In this document: one piece after another, positions 61,276-64,000 of the stretch
How positions within the stretch are numbered: position 1 is the first letter of the stretch
Layout of the letters: every line of letters begins with the position of its first letter
DNA from: Syntrophobacterales bacterium
GTDB lineage: Bacteria; Desulfobacterota; Syntrophia; Syntrophales; UBA5619
Direction of reading: 5' to 3'
DNA length: 64,000 nt
Assembly (NCBI GenBank): GCA_019429105.1
Contig: JAHYJE010000001.1
Span: 27,952 to 91,951 of the forward strand
Position numbers and translations under genes: made by a program
Notes under the pieces: model-generated
What the model was told of the DNA's origin: nothing
Databases searched by the model: none
The model's input: only the letters and a program-made list of their open reading frames with translations

Positions 61276-61475
61276 TTATGCAAGTTTCTTTTGCCTTCTA
61301 ATGATTTCCACCAGCGATCTCAGTGCCTGATTCACTGAATCATGACCTTCGCAACGTCTGGCTCGATGACTACAACGTTCGTGCCTTCCGCATATCTCTT
61401 TGCGTATTTGCCCTGAACGCCTTTGCTGAAATCGTACTCTTCAAGCATGTCCGGATTTTTTTGCATTCTCTTCAT
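61276..61475 (-). pseudogene. BrnA-like antitoxin gene with a frameshift
   Basis: MKRMQKNPDMLEEYDFSKGVQGKYAKRYAEGTNVVVIEPDVAK continues only in another frame as GHDSVNQALRSLVEIIRRQKKLA. The span is 200 nt, which is not a multiple of 3. Confidence 0.55.
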
Positions 61476-61761
61476 ATTGGTTCCTTTCTTTTTTTGATGC
61501 CTTTCTTGCGCTAATCAGTCTGATGTTGTCGACTCTTTCCGTGTAAACAACTACCATAAGACGGTCTTTGTTAGAGTTTCCAATCAAGACGAATTTTACA
61601 ACAGAGCGGATTCTCGTCATGCAACGAAAAAGATGAGTGGAGGCGGCCAGGGATTTTGCCGCGAAGCGCCACCGCCCGCTTTCCGCCGTCCACTCAAGCG
61701 CCTGATTCGGCGGTTTTTGCCGTCATTCTTGATAACCTCGTCAAAAGTCAGAATTGGCCAT
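61441..61761 (-). pseudogene. DUF497/BrnT-like toxin remnant
   Basis: An intact 59-aa C-terminal ORF (61441..61620) carries …RLMVVVYTERVDNIRLISARKASKKERNQY. The N-terminal part is broken across frames. Confidence 0.5.
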
Positions 61762-61898
61762 TTCGATGTTTGTAAATATATGAATTTGTTGACTGCAAAT
61801 ATTAAAAAAGGGCAATTTGGCGACTTTTGACGAACGCATCATTCTTAGAAAAAAATAAATCTCTCCCCTTTTCTCCCTTAATTTTTTTACGCAAGAGC

Positions 61899-62064
61899 TA
61901 ATTGCAAAACTCTCACATTCTGTCATTCCCGCAATGATTTTAAGCGGGAAAACGAAGTTTAATGTTCATAATCTGGTTCTAACTGCTTGAAAAACCGTAT
62001 TCCCGATAGAAGCATTGTGTACATTAAGCTCCGCTTTCGGGAATGACAAATAGTTTTGCAATTA
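61899..62064 (+). mobile_element. MITE-like 166-bp element, copy 3. It abuts the 3' end of mazF.
   Basis: Same element, with terminal bases TAATTG…CAATTA. Its last 3 nt are the mazF stop codon on the opposite strand. Confidence 0.85.
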
Positions 62065-62400
62065 CCTCGAAATTATTTCATTTAGCCCTTCTATGGCCTG
62101 ATTCAACTCTTCCATAGATGCTTCACCAATGACTTTACCAATCCGCTCAATAGACAATGTTCGGATTTGACTGATTTTGAGCCATGATTTCTTGGGTAAA
62201 TTGGGAGATTTCAGTTCAAGAGTTAACGGGAATCCAGCCGTTTGTGGCTGGCTTGCAATAGCCACAGCGATAACTGTACCTGATCGTTCATTGAAAATAT
62301 CGTGGCTTAAAATGAGCACGGGGCGCAAGCCGGCCTGCTCATTCCCCCGCACGGGATTCAAATCCGCCCACCGAATTTCACCTCTCAATATTCTGGCCAT
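62062..62400 (-). CDS. mazF: MazF/PemK-family endoribonuclease toxin
   Basis: 112 aa. [27 protein letters not shown] pattern. Confidence 0.85.
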   Translation of the reverse strand: MARILRGEIRWADLNPVRGNEQAGLRPVLILSHDIFNERSGTVIAVAIASQPQTAGFPLTLELKSPNLPKKSWLKISQIRTLSIERIGKVIGEASMEELNQAIEGLNEIISR

Positions 62401-62751
62401 TGGCTCACATCCTCAGCTAATCCTTCTTCCGCAATAGCTTTTTCAAATTTCGGATCGAGTTTTGCACATTCCATCGATAGCCGACTACGCTTCATCCGGG
62501 CGAGTCATTCATAAAATTAAGCTCGTACACTTGCGCCAGTATCCGCACAAGCCCTGCCTGCACATCACGGTAATTTTCTGCTGTCCGCAACAAGCGGGAA
62601 ATAGCGCGTTTTCAACTTCAATCCTTCATTTAAAATCAGGTACTTGCATGGAGAACAAAATCACCGTGGCCGGCACATATTTCCCTCTGTACATTTCAAA
62701 AAGCTTATCGTATAAACCCCCATCCCGTTTGTTCTGTAAATTGGCAGCCAT
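62385..62751 (-). pseudogene. Fragmented ribbon-helix-helix-type antitoxin gene upstream of mazF. A 36-aa C-terminal ORF is retained.
   Basis: There are three pieces in three frames: MAANLQ…ATVILFSMQVPDFK* (62626..62751), KRAISRLLRTAENYRDVQAGL…NDSPG*, and [36 protein letters not shown] (62385..62495, overlapping the mazF start). Confidence 0.45.
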
Positions 62752-62855
62752 TGAAATAGCGAAACAGAGGGGTGTAAATCATTAACTTAAGTTTTGCCTG
62801 ACTTGGGTACAAAGCCGGGCTCAGGCCAACTGAAAAAATAAAAAGGGGGGAATTT

Positions 62856-64000
62856 ATGTCGTTATGTTTTGAGCTTTCACCGGAACAGAAAATGCTTGAA
62901 GATACCGTCTGGCGCTGGGCCTCGTCCTGGCTGGAACCGCAGATGGAGAAGCTCTACGAGGAGGACCGGATGCCGCCGGATCTCTTCCGGGAACTCGGCA
63001 AAATAGGGGTAAACGGCATAGCCTATGAGGAAAAATACGGAGGCGCCGGCCTGGGGTATGTGGACACGCTGCTTTTATATGAAACCATTGCCCGGGTCAG
63101 CAACGCCTTGGCGATGACCGTCGGCGCCAGCCAGACCCTCTGCTTCGATAATTTCCGCCGGAATGCGACAGAAGAGCAGAGAATGGAGATCCTTCCCAAA
63201 GCTTGCAGCGGCGAATATATCGGCTGTCTGGGGATCACCGAACCCAATGCCGGCTCCGACGCCATGGGGATGACAACAAGGGCGCTCAAGGTGGGCGACC
63301 GCTACGTAATCAACGGAAGCAAAATCTTCATCACCAATGGACCAGTTGCCGATTTGATGGTCTTCTACGCCAAAACCAAGCCTGTCCTCGGGGCCCACGG
63401 AATATCGGCATTTTATTTTCTGACCAAGGATGTGAAGGGTTTTTACCGGGAAAAAATCCACAAATGGGGGATGAAAAGCTCTCCGACCGGACTGCTCACC
63501 TTTGACAATATGGAAATACCGGAGGAGAATCTGATCGGCGGCTTGAATCAGGGGGTTTCGGTACTGACCAACGGGCTTTGCACGGAACGGATAACCTTGA
63601 GCGGCTGTTCGCTCGGCTCCCAGCGGGCCTGTCTGGAACTCAGCATCAAATACGCCAAGGAGCGGGTGCAGTTCGGAAAGGCCCTCGCCTCGTTCCAGTT
63701 TATCCAGGGAAAACTTGCCGACATGTACACAGGATACAATGCCTCAAAATGGATGGCTTACAGCGCCGCATCCTACTGTGATTCACTCCTGGTAAAGATC
63801 GGCGGCAAGGGAACCGAACTTGATCGCAAGGCGGCGGCGGCCCTCCTTTTCTGCGGGGAGATGGGGACGAAGATTGCCGACGCCGCTGTGCAGATTCACG
63901 GAGGATATGGGTATTGCAGTGAATACCCGGTTTCCCGTCACTATCTTGACCAGAAGCTCTGGGATGTGGGTGCCGGAACAGCGGAGATCCGCAGGATTAT
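62856..64000 (+). CDS. Acyl-CoA dehydrogenase (partial, runs off the window end)
   Basis: Open frame from the ATG after aaaagggggg. It is absent from the ORF track because there is no stop in the window. Motifs GCLGITEPNAGSD and QIHGGYGY. Confidence 0.85.
   Translation, partial: MSLCFELSPEQKMLEDTVWRWASSWLEPQMEKLYEEDRMPPDLFRELGKIGVNGIAYEEKYGGAGLGYVDTLLLYETIARVSNALAMTVGASQTLCFDNFRRNATEEQRMEILPKACSGEYIGCLGITEPNAGSDAMGMTTRALKVGDRYVINGSKIFITNGPVADLMVFYAKTKPVLGAHGISAFYFLTKDVKGFYREKIHKWGMKSSPTGLLTFDNMEIPEENLIGGLNQGVSVLTNGLCTERITLSGCSLGSQRACLELSIKYAKERVQFGKALASFQFIQGKLADMYTGYNASKWMAYSAASYCDSLLVKIGGKGTELDRKAAAALLFCGEMGTKIADAAVQIHGGYGYCSEYPVSRHYLDQKLWDVGAGTAEIRRI

Overview
This 64 kb window is about 55-60% GC and gene-dense. 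Its gene content looks like an anaerobic Desulfobacterota or Syntrophia-like bacterium: a 2-hydroxyacyl-CoA dehydratase family enzyme with its activase, a decaheme cytochrome c, several sigma-54 two-component systems and an iron-sulfur flavoprotein. That taxonomic call is inference only. Most of the window is core genome: xthA, a Ski2-like helicase, tRNA-Glu, rmuC, malic enzyme, glmM, purL-purQ, the pgpA-cinA-thpR-recA-recX-alaS block, and mltA. There are four accessory or unusual parts. (1) A 166-bp MITE-like element with long imperfect terminal inverted repeats occurs in three near-identical copies. A related shorter repeat family shares a 15-nt core with it. (2) A res-mod (Type III-like) restriction-modification locus lies at 46.6-51.6 kb. 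The gene order is reversed, and Mod carries a 320-aa C-terminal extension containing an in-frame 24-bp tandem repeat. (3) A toxin-antitoxin patch lies at 60.4-62.8 kb: intact vapBC, decayed BrnT/BrnA-like genes, and an intact mazF whose upstream antitoxin frame is broken. (4) A gene-decay patch lies at 5.1-6.1 kb. Two coherent modules deserve follow-up. One is a dehydratase-like/activase/YedF/DUF3343/cysteine-desulfurase cluster. The other runs from a heme-c sensor kinase through a sigma-54 regulator and a sigma-54 promoter to a decaheme cytochrome. I see no CRISPR array, rRNA, integrase or transposase. I found no clear-cut novel multi-gene system. The candidates above are ranked by interest in the findings. 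All family assignments come from motif recognition by eye, not from database searches.
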